Part shown: positions 41,339 to 50,460 of the stretch, in pieces
Numbering within the stretch: the first letter of the stretch is position 1
Layout: each line of letters starts with the position of its first letter
Assembly (NCBI GenBank): GCA_040771865.1
Contig: JAXGZF010000003.1
Coordinates: 124,001-188,000 of the forward strand
Direction: 5' to 3'
DNA length: 64,000 bases
Origin: Desulfobacterales bacterium
GTDB lineage: Bacteria; Desulfobacterota; Desulfobacteria; Desulfobacterales; UBA2245
The notes under the pieces: model-generated
What the model was told of the DNA's origin: nothing
The model's database searches: none
What the model saw: only the letters and a program-made list of their open reading frames with translations
Position numbers and translations under genes: made by a program

Positions 41339-42084
41339 GGGAATAAAGTTTTTCCTCCGCCCCAGAGAACATGGGTTACGCCTTGAACCATTCGAAATGA
41401 ACAGCCCGAGGCGATGCATATTTGGGCCGTCGGTTTATCGCTGACGATGCTTCCCGCGAGTGCACAAAAACCCATGCGAAACAGGACCCGCGCCATCGGA
41501 GTGCTGGGGCCGACCATAATTTTTACGGCATTTGAAGATATGTGTGAAAGAATTTCCCCCAGCGTTCCGTTGGCCAGCGTGGTAGCGGTGATGGCCACGA
41601 GATCGGACTGAGGCAGCACGTCCGGCGACTGGCCGGCGTCGATGTCTCCGGGCCGGGGGTATTTTTCGAGCACCCGGAATTGTGCAAACTGGTCTCCCAT
41701 CTGCTCAACAAAGGGAAAATGTCCGATCACGGCGACATTTTTTCCTTTTCCGTATTCGAGAATCAGATCCGAAGCATTGCGGTCGATCAATTCGGCGGCG
41801 GGCGGATCAGGCAGCAGCGAATTGACGGCCGCCAGCCCCAGAGAGGCACGAACCGGATCCGGACTCAGCAGAAAACGGGCCATTTCCTTGGCTGATTCGG
41901 GCAGGCTTCTTTCAGGGAAATCATCGACCGAAAGCGGATGTTTTCCGATCGCCCATGTGGCGATTCCCATCTTGGCACTTTCAACGGCGACGATATGGCT
42001 GCCCATGATTAGGTTTGTAACCGGATGATCCGGAATCGGATCGAGTTCATCCAGTATGGCGTTCAAGATGTCCTGGTGTTTCAT
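41335..42084 (-). CDS. DUF364 / Rossmann-like putative heavy-metal chelation protein
   Basis: SLGLAAVNSL, KNVAVIGHFPF, VAITATTLANGT and MVGPSTP motifs. Confidence 0.85.
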   Translation of the reverse strand: MKHQDILNAILDELDPIPDHPVTNLIMGSHIVAVESAKMGIATWAIGKHPLSVDDFPERSLPESAKEMARFLLSPDPVRASLGLAAVNSLLPDPPAAELIDRNASDLILEYGKGKNVAVIGHFPFVEQMGDQFAQFRVLEKYPRPGDIDAGQSPDVLPQSDLVAITATTLANGTLGEILSHISSNAVKIMVGPSTPMARVLFRMGFCALAGSIVSDKPTAQICIASGCSFRMVQGVTHVLWGGGKTLFP

Positions 42085-42100
42085 GATGTTTCTCCAGAAT

Positions 42101-42667
42101 TCAAACACGCGGTATCTTCTGGCAGGTTTCCAGTATTAAATTCAAAAGCCTGTCCGATGCATTCGGTTCATCCGCCCGGACCTGGGGCGGTCGGTCGAGA
42201 TTCCAGATTCTGCAGACATCATTCACCAGTCCGGTTCGAACCACCCATATGTGGATCGCATCTTTCAATTGAAGCAGCGGCGTCAGAAAAGGCGCCCATC
42301 CCATTCCGGCGATTTCCAGGCGACCGACCTCATCTACGACAATAATTTCAGCCCCGGCGCAGGATTCAACGGACAGGGCGCGCCGGCCGGCTTTAATGCC
42401 GGATGAAAAAAACTCGAACGGAACTGTATTCCGGCCGTCGTTTATGACGCGACGGGCCAGCGGAACGCTTTTCCCGTATTTGAGATCGATCAGAATAAAT
42501 CCGCTTCGAATGTTGCTTTCCCAAAGCCCCCTTGCCAGAATGCCTGCGAGTTTCAGCTTTCGCTGTTTCAGAACCGGAATCAGCCCCTCGATAAAGGAGG
42601 ACTTTCCGCCTTGCGTATTTCCCGTGACAAGGATGATTCGGGGGCCTGAATCTTCGAAATGCATCAC
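42101..42667 (-). CDS. P-loop NTPase (NTPase_1 / DUF2478-like)
   Basis: ILVTGNTQGGKS Walker A and IIVVDEVGRLE..G.GW Walker B. Confidence 0.78.
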   Translation of the reverse strand: MMHFEDSGPRIILVTGNTQGGKSSFIEGLIPVLKQRKLKLAGILARGLWESNIRSGFILIDLKYGKSVPLARRVINDGRNTVPFEFFSSGIKAGRRALSVESCAGAEIIVVDEVGRLEIAGMGWAPFLTPLLQLKDAIHIWVVRTGLVNDVCRIWNLDRPPQVRADEPNASDRLLNLILETCQKIPRV

Positions 42668-43470
42668 GGCAGCGACTCCCGGTCCTGATCCTGCGGTACG
42701 ATGTCGGCCGGCAGGAATATCTGTACCGCGTCCGAGAGGCCGATCTTCTGCGTTTTGGAATCATACAGCTCGCTGACGTTGAAACTGGTCATGACCTCCT
42801 CGGTTTTTCCCTGAGCCACAATGCGTCCGTTTTTCAGCATGACCACCTGGTCGGAAAACAGCAGGGCCAGGTTGGGGTCGTGCATGGTCGCGATAATTCG
42901 GGAGCCCCTGTCCCTGCAAAGACGCTTCATCCGGTCCAGCATGCGGTACCGGTGATTGAAATCAAGATGATTGGTCGGTTCATCCATTAGCACGGTGGCA
43001 GAACTCTGAAGCAGGGCTCTGGCCAGAAGGGCGATCTGCCGTTCTCCTCCGGAGATCTGATTGTAATTCCGTTCGGCCAGAAAACCGGCGTTGAGGGTTT
43101 GCAGTGCGTCCAGGGCCATGCGGTAGTCTTCGGGACCCGGGCCGGCCATCATTTTCAGAAACGGGGTCCGTCCCATGACGACGAAATCGATGACGCTGAA
43201 CGGAAAAATATCCGTATGCTCCTGCGGCACCATGCTGACCTGCCGGGCGATCTGCGCCTGAGAGACGGTTCCCAGATCCATGCCGTCTAAGGAAATGCGC
43301 CCGCGGTACGGTTTCAGAATGCCGTTGAGGCAGTGCAGCAGGGTGGTTTTTCCGGAGCCGTTCCGCCCGAGAATGGCGCAGAAGGTTCCTGTTTTGACTT
43401 CAAAGCTGATGTCTTCCAGAACACGGCGGCCATTGTAGCTGAAAGACACGGATCGGCACAAGAGCGTCAT
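42664..43470 (-). CDS. FecE/FepC-type ABC transporter ATPase
   Basis: GRNGSGKT, ISGGERQ, MDEPTNHLD and MHDPNLA. True start at ATG 43470 overlaps the permease stop. Confidence 0.92.
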   Translation of the reverse strand: MTLLCRSVSFSYNGRRVLEDISFEVKTGTFCAILGRNGSGKTTLLHCLNGILKPYRGRISLDGMDLGTVSQAQIARQVSMVPQEHTDIFPFSVIDFVVMGRTPFLKMMAGPGPEDYRMALDALQTLNAGFLAERNYNQISGGERQIALLARALLQSSATVLMDEPTNHLDFNHRYRMLDRMKRLCRDRGSRIIATMHDPNLALLFSDQVVMLKNGRIVAQGKTEEVMTSFNVSELYDSKTQKIGLSDAVQIFLPADIVPQDQDRESLP

Positions 43471-44525
43471 ATCCATCCACTCCTGCGGTTTTTGTACAGC
43501 AGATAGACAAACAGCGGCGCTCCGGCCAGGGCTGTAATGATGCTGACCGGAAGTTCCGCGGACGTGATCGAACGGGCGAGCATGTCTGCCGCCAGAAGAA
43601 AAATGCCGCCGATCAGCATGGTGATCGGAATCATTCTCGAATGATTCGGCCCGACCACGGTTCGGGCGATATGCGGAATCACCAGTCCGATCCAGCATAC
43701 CTGTCCGCAGGTGGAAACGGTGACCGCCACCATCAGCGAACTGATGGAGATGAAAATGATTCGATACAGGGTCGGATTCATGCCCAGAGACCGGGCCTGA
43801 AGGTCTCCCAGAGAGAGCACGTTCAGCCGGTACCGAAGCGCATGAACCAGAATCAGCCCGATGCCGATGGTCGGCATGATAAGGTACAGGTCGTTCCATT
43901 CCACCCGGCTCAGGCTTCCCATGATCCAGAACACGATGGCCGGCAGTGCGCTGTAAGGATCCGCCAGGTATTTGAGAATCATGAGCAGTGCGTTGAACAC
44001 CGATGTGGCCACTAGGCCGGCCAGGATCAGCACGAGAATGGGTCTGACGGCGACCATTCTGGCGATGCCGACGGCCAGGAATACGGCCGCCAGTCCGAAA
44101 ACAAATGAGAGTATTCGGACCAGCAGAAAGGAGTTTCCGGGAAGAATCAGGCCCAGGGCCGCGCCGAATGTGCAGCCCGCCGATACTCCCAGAATGTCCG
44201 GAGACACCAGCGGGTTTCGAAACAGGCCCTGATAGACCGCGCCGGAAACCGACAGTCCCATGCCGACAAATATCGCCAGCAGTCCTCTCGGAAAACGGAT
44301 CAGGGTAAACACCTGGGCCTTGGAAAGAAGTTCTTCGGGAACCGGGCTCCCGAACAGGGACGAGCCGACAATCGTCATCGCTTCGCTCAATCGGATATCC
44401 AGGCGTCCGACCATTAGTGAAAGCAGAAACAGTCCCGCCAGCAGAAAGACCAGCAGAACGGTCAAATACCGCGTGTTGTGAAAAAAGCCCGCAGCGGGTT
44501 TTGAGTCGGAGACCGGTTGTGTCAT
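43467..44525 (-). CDS. FecCD/BtuC-family ABC permease
   Basis: IRFPR, QGLFRNPLVSPDILGVSAG, WIMGSL and WIGLVIPH motifs. Confidence 0.94.
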   Translation of the reverse strand: MTQPVSDSKPAAGFFHNTRYLTVLLVFLLAGLFLLSLMVGRLDIRLSEAMTIVGSSLFGSPVPEELLSKAQVFTLIRFPRGLLAIFVGMGLSVSGAVYQGLFRNPLVSPDILGVSAGCTFGAALGLILPGNSFLLVRILSFVFGLAAVFLAVGIARMVAVRPILVLILAGLVATSVFNALLMILKYLADPYSALPAIVFWIMGSLSRVEWNDLYLIMPTIGIGLILVHALRYRLNVLSLGDLQARSLGMNPTLYRIIFISISSLMVAVTVSTCGQVCWIGLVIPHIARTVVGPNHSRMIPITMLIGGIFLLAADMLARSITSAELPVSIITALAGAPLFVYLLYKNRRSGWI

Positions 44526-44538
44526 ATGCCTTCAATAT

Positions 44539-44569
44539 CAGGAGCCCCTTCAGCTGACGGGGCTGCCTG
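44539..44569. other. Intergenic stem-loop between binding-protein and permease genes
   Basis: CAGGAGCCCC...GGGGCTGCCTG imperfect inverted repeat. Confidence 0.5.
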
Positions 44570-44584
44570 TAAAAGTTCAAAAAA

Positions 44585-45694
44585 TTACGGGCCCAGGACG
44601 TCGTCCAGCCGGCCCCCCATTTCCGTAAAGGATCTGGAAAACAGAATTTCATGAAAACCATCGATTTCTTTGATTAAATCAATATCATGAAACCGGTCCG
44701 GATACAGTCTCTTTCCGGCCCAGAGCACGCCCAGCACGGACAGGGGGGATGGAAAGTCCCACGGCGCAAGACTGGATGGAATGCAGAAAAATTGGCCGAA
44801 TTTGACGGCCTCGACTTCGGCCAGTTCGGGTTTGCCGAGATATTTTCCGGCGGACGATCGAATCTCCCGGCAGGCAAACACCGCATCCGGGTTCCATTGA
44901 ACGAGCTGCTCCGGGGAAATGGACTTGAAAAAACCGGTCAGGTCATGGGCCGCGTTGATTCCGCCGGCTTGGGAGATCATTTCATCCTGAAGCATATCGC
45001 CGGGGGCGGTCGTGAAAAACCCCTCCGGCCCAGCGTAATACACCGTTTTGCGCTCTTGGGCTTTCAGACCTGCGGTCCGGGTATGGACCATGTCCATGAC
45101 ATGATCGATCGCCTGAATCACCGTATCCGCCCGTTCAGGGCAGCCCGCCGCGCGGGCGATGATGCGAAGCGTTTCCTCGATGCTGGCCAGGCTTTCCGGC
45201 AGAATCACGATGGCCGGAATTCCGGACCGGACCAGCCGGTCTGCCGTCAGAATTCCGTCTTTCTGGGCGTAAAGGATCACCAGATCGGGCTTGAGAGATA
45301 TTACGGTCTCCATGTTCAGGCCCGTGGAGCGGTTGCCGATTTTCGGAAGCAAGCTCATGGCCGGATATACCGCCGTGTTGATCCGGACCCGGGGCGAGAA
45401 ACTGTCCACCGCGACCAGGCGGTCGGCCAGCCCCAGAGACAAAATGCTGAGCGTGGCCGGCTTGAAGGTCGTGATGATGTGCTCGGCCCTGCCGGAAAGG
45501 GCGACGTTCCGGCCGGCCATATCCACGATCGTGTATTGGGTTTGGGCGAGTGCGCTTACGGTAATGCAGCAGGCGATCAAGCCGGAACTCAGAATGCCGA
45601 GCAGCCATGTCCTTAAGTGGCATCCGGCCGATGACTGGATGGTTTTTTGAATCATCATGTTCGAATCAAACCCTTGTTTTTTTAATAGGTCCAT
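44585..45694 (-). CDS. Periplasmic binding protein, helical-backbone (BtuF/FhuD/TroA class III); start likely a downstream Met
   Basis: IVDMAGRNV, NMETVISLKPDLV, EQLVQWNPD and WDFPSP motifs. Confidence 0.9.
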   Translation of the reverse strand: MDLLKKQGFDSNMMIQKTIQSSAGCHLRTWLLGILSSGLIACCITVSALAQTQYTIVDMAGRNVALSGRAEHIITTFKPATLSILSLGLADRLVAVDSFSPRVRINTAVYPAMSLLPKIGNRSTGLNMETVISLKPDLVILYAQKDGILTADRLVRSGIPAIVILPESLASIEETLRIIARAAGCPERADTVIQAIDHVMDMVHTRTAGLKAQERKTVYYAGPEGFFTTAPGDMLQDEMISQAGGINAAHDLTGFFKSISPEQLVQWNPDAVFACREIRSSAGKYLGKPELAEVEAVKFGQFFCIPSSLAPWDFPSPLSVLGVLWAGKRLYPDRFHDIDLIKEIDGFHEILFSRSFTEMGGRLDDVLGP

Positions 45695-45735
45695 TTTCTC
45701 TTCGGAAAACGTCTGAACCGGAATTTCCGCCTGAG

Positions 45736-45775
45736 CGGAACCGGCTTTCCGCGGTGTTATAGAAAACCGGTTCCG
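45736..45775. other. Stem-loop downstream of the TonB-dependent receptor gene (mRNA stabiliser or partial terminator)
   Basis: CGGAACCGGCTTTC / GAAAACCGGTTCCG, 13 of 14 bp complementary, no U-tail. Confidence 0.55.
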
Positions 45776-45790
45776 TCTGGAGGAATGACA

Positions 45791-47773
45791 TCAGAATGTG
45801 GTGCGCACCAGCGCAAAAAAGGTGCTGCCTTCTCGAGGATATCCGTTTTTATACATGTAATCCTCGTCAAAAAGGTTCTTCACCCCGGCCTCAATGGTCA
45901 TGAATTTTGCGGGCTTCACCATGATCTTGGCGTCCACGGTCCAGAACCCGTCGATGGAATCAAATTCGCCGTCGCTGTTTTCCTGATACCGTTCGGAGTT
46001 CCACTGGACTCTGGCAAAGGCCGAGAGCCAGTCGTTGAATTTGTAATGATCGCTTATGTAAAGCTGGTGTTCGGAAACCTCTTCCAGTTTGTCGCTGATC
46101 CGGTCATCCGACCGGTTTTCGGCGTCCAGGTAGGTGTAATGGCATTCAATCTCGTTCTTCGGAATAATGCCAGTCTTCAGAATCAGCTCGAATCCCTGGT
46201 ACCGGGCCTCTCCGATATTCTGATACTGGTCGGTACCGTCCGAAAGTTCTTTTTGCACGATCTTGTCTTCGACATCCGAGAGGAACAGATTCGCCTGAAA
46301 GAGAGAATCCGCCGGCAGGGGTTTTTCGATGCCGACCTCGTAGTTGGTCGCTTTTTCGTTGGCCAGATCGGGATTGGGCGTATTGCCGCCTATTTCACTC
46401 GAATACAGCTCATGCATGGTCGGGAAACGGGTTTTCTGGCCCACGGATGCATGCAGCACGGTATCCTCGAACACGTTCAGGTACAACCCGGCCTGGGGAT
46501 TGTAGGCGTCCTCATCGTCCCGTACAGGTTCGCCGTTGGCGTATTCCGGACACTGAAGGTCGTAGCTGATGCCCAGCACCAGAGAAAGCCGGTCGTTGAA
46601 CTTGATGTCGTCTTCCAGACCAAGGGAGTACATTTCGGTCTCGTATTTTTCCCAATCGTCGCCACGATCGCCCTGAGCCTCATGAACGTCCTTCTTGTAA
46701 TGAAAAGCGGCGCTGATGGTCTGATTGGCAAGATGCCGGGACCGCAGCGTCAAAGATCCGCCGTCGCTGTGATCGTCATAGATGCTGTGGAAAGCATATC
46801 GTTTTGTCTGAGAGCTGTAGGTGCCGTCATCATAAGAATCCAGCACATTGTAGTATTCGTCGTGAAAGGCCCTGATTTTGGCGGAAAATTGTTCCGTGAA
46901 GTCGATGTTGCCGATCAGGTAATAGGTATCTTTGTCCCAGTCGGTAAACCGCCAGTACCGGGTTTTGTCGGCCAGCGACGCCGACGGAGGCAGCCCCTTT
47001 TCCATGGATACGGTGTTGACGCCGATGGCGTATTCCTGATTGTCGGTGGGCGTAAAGCCGATTTTTAACGCTCCGCTTTTCTGCTCCACATCCGAATTGT
47101 CCCGAAGGCCGCCGTCTTCAATGGCGTTCGCATCAAAGTCGTCTGAAAGCCGGAATCCGTCGGAATTCAGATACCCGCCGCTGAGCATGAAATAAAATTT
47201 ATCCAGCCTGGATCCCAGGTTGATATTCGTATGATACGCTTTTTCTTCCGCGTATCCGAATTCCATCTCGCCCTCGATGGCTTTTTGCGGTTTCATGGTA
47301 ACGATGTTGATCACGCCGCCCATGGTGTTGGGACCGTAGAGCGCCGAGCTGATGCCCTTGGTCAGCGTGATTTTCGACAGGCTGGAGGTGGGCAGGTTGC
47401 CGGTGTCCACATAGCCATCATAAGGTATGTAAATGGGAATGCCGTCCAGAAACGTCGGCACATAGCGTTCGTTGAACCCCCGGACGTTGATGTTCTGCTC
47501 ATTCTTGGAACCGACCGACACGGTCACGCCCGGCAGGGATTCGAGCGCGTCTGAAATGTTCTCGGCGTTGATCAGATCGATGCGATCCTGGCTGACGGTT
47601 TCTACCGTCGATACCTGGGTGATGGTTTCTCCCTTTCCCTCCACGACGACCTCGCCGATATCAAACGTTCCGGCTGAATCCGAGACCGTTGCCGTCTCCT
47701 GGGACTGAGCGGTTGCTCCCCAGAAGCATAATAGCGCCAGGGAGAAAATCCATAACAATGCCTTGCGTCTCAT
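45791..47773 (-). CDS. TonB-dependent outer-membrane receptor
   Basis: Signal peptide, TonB box (EVVVEG), plug motifs (LESLPGV, NVRGF, GGVINIVT), NPDL.NE, GVKNLFD and C-terminal Phe. Confidence 0.95.
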   Translation of the reverse strand: MRRKALLWIFSLALLCFWGATAQSQETATVSDSAGTFDIGEVVVEGKGETITQVSTVETVSQDRIDLINAENISDALESLPGVTVSVGSKNEQNINVRGFNERYVPTFLDGIPIYIPYDGYVDTGNLPTSSLSKITLTKGISSALYGPNTMGGVINIVTMKPQKAIEGEMEFGYAEEKAYHTNINLGSRLDKFYFMLSGGYLNSDGFRLSDDFDANAIEDGGLRDNSDVEQKSGALKIGFTPTDNQEYAIGVNTVSMEKGLPPSASLADKTRYWRFTDWDKDTYYLIGNIDFTEQFSAKIRAFHDEYYNVLDSYDDGTYSSQTKRYAFHSIYDDHSDGGSLTLRSRHLANQTISAAFHYKKDVHEAQGDRGDDWEKYETEMYSLGLEDDIKFNDRLSLVLGISYDLQCPEYANGEPVRDDEDAYNPQAGLYLNVFEDTVLHASVGQKTRFPTMHELYSSEIGGNTPNPDLANEKATNYEVGIEKPLPADSLFQANLFLSDVEDKIVQKELSDGTDQYQNIGEARYQGFELILKTGIIPKNEIECHYTYLDAENRSDDRISDKLEEVSEHQLYISDHYKFNDWLSAFARVQWNSERYQENSDGEFDSIDGFWTVDAKIMVKPAKFMTIEAGVKNLFDEDYMYKNGYPREGSTFFALVRTTF

Positions 47774-48615
47774 TTCGTGTTTCCTCCTGATGATGTTGAT
47801 GCGTTTTGTTGATAACCGGGCTGTTTCCAGGTCATGATCAGGTAAACGGCGATGCCGACAATCATGAGTGGAAACAGCGTGAACACAACATTTTTGGCCG
47901 GATTTCTGGATATAAAAAGAATCGTCCCGGCGGTCGACGATTCCGGATCGGTTTTTCCGACTGAAGGGGGCGGAGTGAAATTTTTCAGCGTAAACTGGAT
48001 GCCGTCGAGAACCAGCGGTTTGAGAAAAGACAGGCGGCCTGATTTCAGAAACAGGTCATTTTTGTACAGGGAGACCTGAACACAATTGGATTCAAAGCTG
48101 AATTCGTCCGATGTCATGGCTTTGATGGGTTTTGTCAGAACGGAGAAGTCGTTTACGAAATGGATCGCATTGGCTGTTACCCGGTATCCGTTTTGCAGCT
48201 CGAAGGACTCTCCCTGCCGGAGCCGGACATTTGCATACCGGAATCCGACCATCAGGCTGGCAAAATGGCATAGAATCACCAGTCCGAATACGATATGAAT
48301 GGCCAGCATGAGCATGGCCGGTTGGTTCATGCGTCTGGAGGTCATCTTGAGAAACTTGTTCCAGGAGCAGAAAATCAGATTGATGCCAAGGGCCGCCGCC
48401 ACAGCGCACAACCCAAAGAACCAGAAGCGGATCAGCGGCGATTTACCATGGGAAACTGAGAGCCAGTCCGGCATCAGATAGTTGTTCATCTGCTGAAATA
48501 TTTCGTAATAACCGGTAGTTGTGAGAACAACCGCCCAGGTGAACCAGACACTCAGAATGATCAGAAGCCAGAGGGAGAAATGAAGGGAGGAGAGAAAATC
48601 AATCAGTTTTTTCAC
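47770..48615 (-). CDS. ResB/CcsB-like membrane protein (short, divergent)
   Basis: FLSSL.FS..LL start, WF...NLI.CS, a TM His (AIHIVFGLVILCHF), a periplasmic domain and C-terminal 'SRNP' plus TM. Confidence 0.6.
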   Translation of the reverse strand: MKKLIDFLSSLHFSLWLLIILSVWFTWAVVLTTTGYYEIFQQMNNYLMPDWLSVSHGKSPLIRFWFFGLCAVAAALGINLIFCSWNKFLKMTSRRMNQPAMLMLAIHIVFGLVILCHFASLMVGFRYANVRLRQGESFELQNGYRVTANAIHFVNDFSVLTKPIKAMTSDEFSFESNCVQVSLYKNDLFLKSGRLSFLKPLVLDGIQFTLKNFTPPPSVGKTDPESSTAGTILFISRNPAKNVVFTLFPLMIVGIAVYLIMTWKQPGYQQNASTSSGGNTK

Positions 48616-49352
48616 AGCAGGCTCCGAATCATCGTCATGGTCAGAAGGAAAACCCCGCTCAATCCGCCGAGCAGGGAACGAATTCGGGCTGCATTTTCAT
48701 TTCTGCCGGGAATGTGAAATGCGATCATGAGATACAGCAGCACCAGAGTGGATTGAAAAAAAACATTGCTCCAGTGCCAGAAGTCCCCCCAGCCCTGCTG
48801 GCACCAGATCATTCCGGAATATTCGGAGATGAGAAAGCAAATGGCGCCAAGGATCAGGTAGTTTCTGCCCCGATGATGCCATGCCGGGTCTGAAAAGTGT
48901 TTTCGTCCGGTTTTCCGGTGCTGAAAGAAGTGACAGGATGAAAACAGCATGAGGGCCAGGGAGATTCTTCGAAATGCGTGAAAGAGAATGACCCAGAGGT
49001 GGCGATATTGGTACTCGTTTTGACCATTGCTTTGGGGACAGAACAGGCAAAAAGACAAAAGGATTAAAATAAAAACATATCCCCAGCGTCTGAGTTCCGT
49101 GTCTGAATCGTCATGGGAGGTACCAAATGAAATCAGGATGCCGAGAATGAAAGTTACCAGCAGCATGGATTCGAAATCCGTGAAAACGGGAATGCGGCTG
49201 CCGGCGTAGGTCATCGCTGCCAGGGCCGATGCGGAACATGCGCAGCCCGCCCACAAGGAATATTTTTCCAGCGAAAACCGCCTTGTGTGAAGGCAAAACA
49301 GAGCCGATACGAAACAGATCAGGGTCAAACAGAAAAAAGATACCGGCTGCAT
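48612..49352 (-). CDS. CcsA/ResC-like (WWD-domain, heme-handling superfamily) membrane protein, divergent
   Basis: RIP.....ES, LFH, GMIWCQQGWGDFWHW (WWD-like) and AFH. GAGGA RBS before ATG 49352. Confidence 0.72.
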   Translation of the reverse strand: MQPVSFFCLTLICFVSALFCLHTRRFSLEKYSLWAGCACSASALAAMTYAGSRIPVFTDFESMLLVTFILGILISFGTSHDDSDTELRRWGYVFILILLSFCLFCPQSNGQNEYQYRHLWVILFHAFRRISLALMLFSSCHFFQHRKTGRKHFSDPAWHHRGRNYLILGAICFLISEYSGMIWCQQGWGDFWHWSNVFFQSTLVLLYLMIAFHIPGRNENAARIRSLLGGLSGVFLLTMTMIRSLL

Positions 49353-49494
49353 GTTCGTGTCCTCAAACAGTCTCATCCGAACGATCGGTTTATTCCGGAA
49401 ACCAGCGCCATGGATGCCCTTATGTTCCCAATGAAAGGGCATCGTACCCGGTAGACGGAAAGCGTCCTGACATGAAGTGTTATTAAAAGAAATT

Positions 49495-49523
49495 TTTAAA
49501 GCGTTTATTACTGTTTTTGTCAA
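49495..49523 (-). promoter_or_regulatory. Putative sigma-70 promoter of the ccsA-like/TBDR operon
   Basis: TTGACA (49523-49518) in a very AT-rich intergenic stretch, with a weak -10 (TTTAAA or TAAAAA). Confidence 0.5.
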
Positions 49524-49626
49524 TATATATTTAAATAAATCTAATAAAAACGAATTCTAACTTAAAAGAACAAAAAAGGGGCTTCTTTTTTGAATGAACG
49601 CTGTTTGTTTGGATTTTCGTCTTTTA

Positions 49627-50460
49627 TCAGGCGCTGGATACCTGCACGTTATAACGTTCGTTTGCAGCACAATGCCCGTACCGCCCTTTGACCCCTTCCG
49701 GAACGCAGATATGGCCGCCTCCATCCAGATCCATGACCGTGATGCGGGTGTTGTACAGGTTGTACAGATTGAGTCGATTGACCTTCTGCGAGGCGTCTCC
49801 GTCCGCAATCACTCTTCCGTCTTTCAGCATGACGACGCGGTCTGAAAACCAGAGTGCGTGATCGGGGAAATGAGTGGTTTTGATGAAGGTGTACCCATGA
49901 TGCGCAAGGTCCGTAATCCGGGACAGGAGCCGAATCTGGTTGCCGTAATCCAGGCCGTTGACTGGTTCATCCATGATGAAAATGCCGGCGCCCTGGGCCA
50001 GTGCGCGGGCGATCAGCGTGAGCTGTCGCTCGCCGCCGCTGATCTCAGTGTAGGGCCGGTCCCTGAGGTGAGCGATAGAGAGCCGTTCCAGGGCCTCAAC
50101 GGCCGCCTTTTCGTCGTCGTCGCTAAAACGGAAGAAAAACGGCTTGTGCGGCATTCTCCCCATCAGCACGACGTCCAGGACCCGGTAGCCGAATGAAAGA
50201 CGGTGAAATTGAGGAACGTACGCGATGCGTTTGGACAGCTGTTTCGGGGGAATGTTGCAGACCGGCCGGCCTTCAAACAGCACCCGGCCTTCCTGGGGAC
50301 GAAATAATCCCAGCAGCAGTTTAAGCAGAGTCGTCTTGCCGCTGCCGTTCGGCCCCAGAAGCGAGACGATTTCACCTTGGTGAAAATCGACCGAAATGTC
50401 GTTGAGAACCGGCTGGCGGGAATAGCCGTAGGTAACGTGATCGACTGAAATCAGGCTCAT
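49627..50460 (-). CDS. FecE/FepC-type ABC transporter ATPase
   Basis: GPNGSGKT, ISGGERQ, MDEPVNGLDYGNQ and THFPDHA. Confidence 0.93.
   Translation of the reverse strand: MSLISVDHVTYGYSRQPVLNDISVDFHQGEIVSLLGPNGSGKTTLLKLLLGLFRPQEGRVLFEGRPVCNIPPKQLSKRIAYVPQFHRLSFGYRVLDVVLMGRMPHKPFFFRFSDDDEKAAVEALERLSIAHLRDRPYTEISGGERQLTLIARALAQGAGIFIMDEPVNGLDYGNQIRLLSRITDLAHHGYTFIKTTHFPDHALWFSDRVVMLKDGRVIADGDASQKVNRLNLYNLYNTRITVMDLDGGGHICVPEGVKGRYGHCAANERYNVQVSSA

Noticed and set aside
43471..44661. 665-aa ORF suggesting a long N-terminal extension on the ABC ATPase
   Set aside because: The extension overlaps the FecCD permease in another frame. The real start is ATG 43470, coupled to the permease stop.
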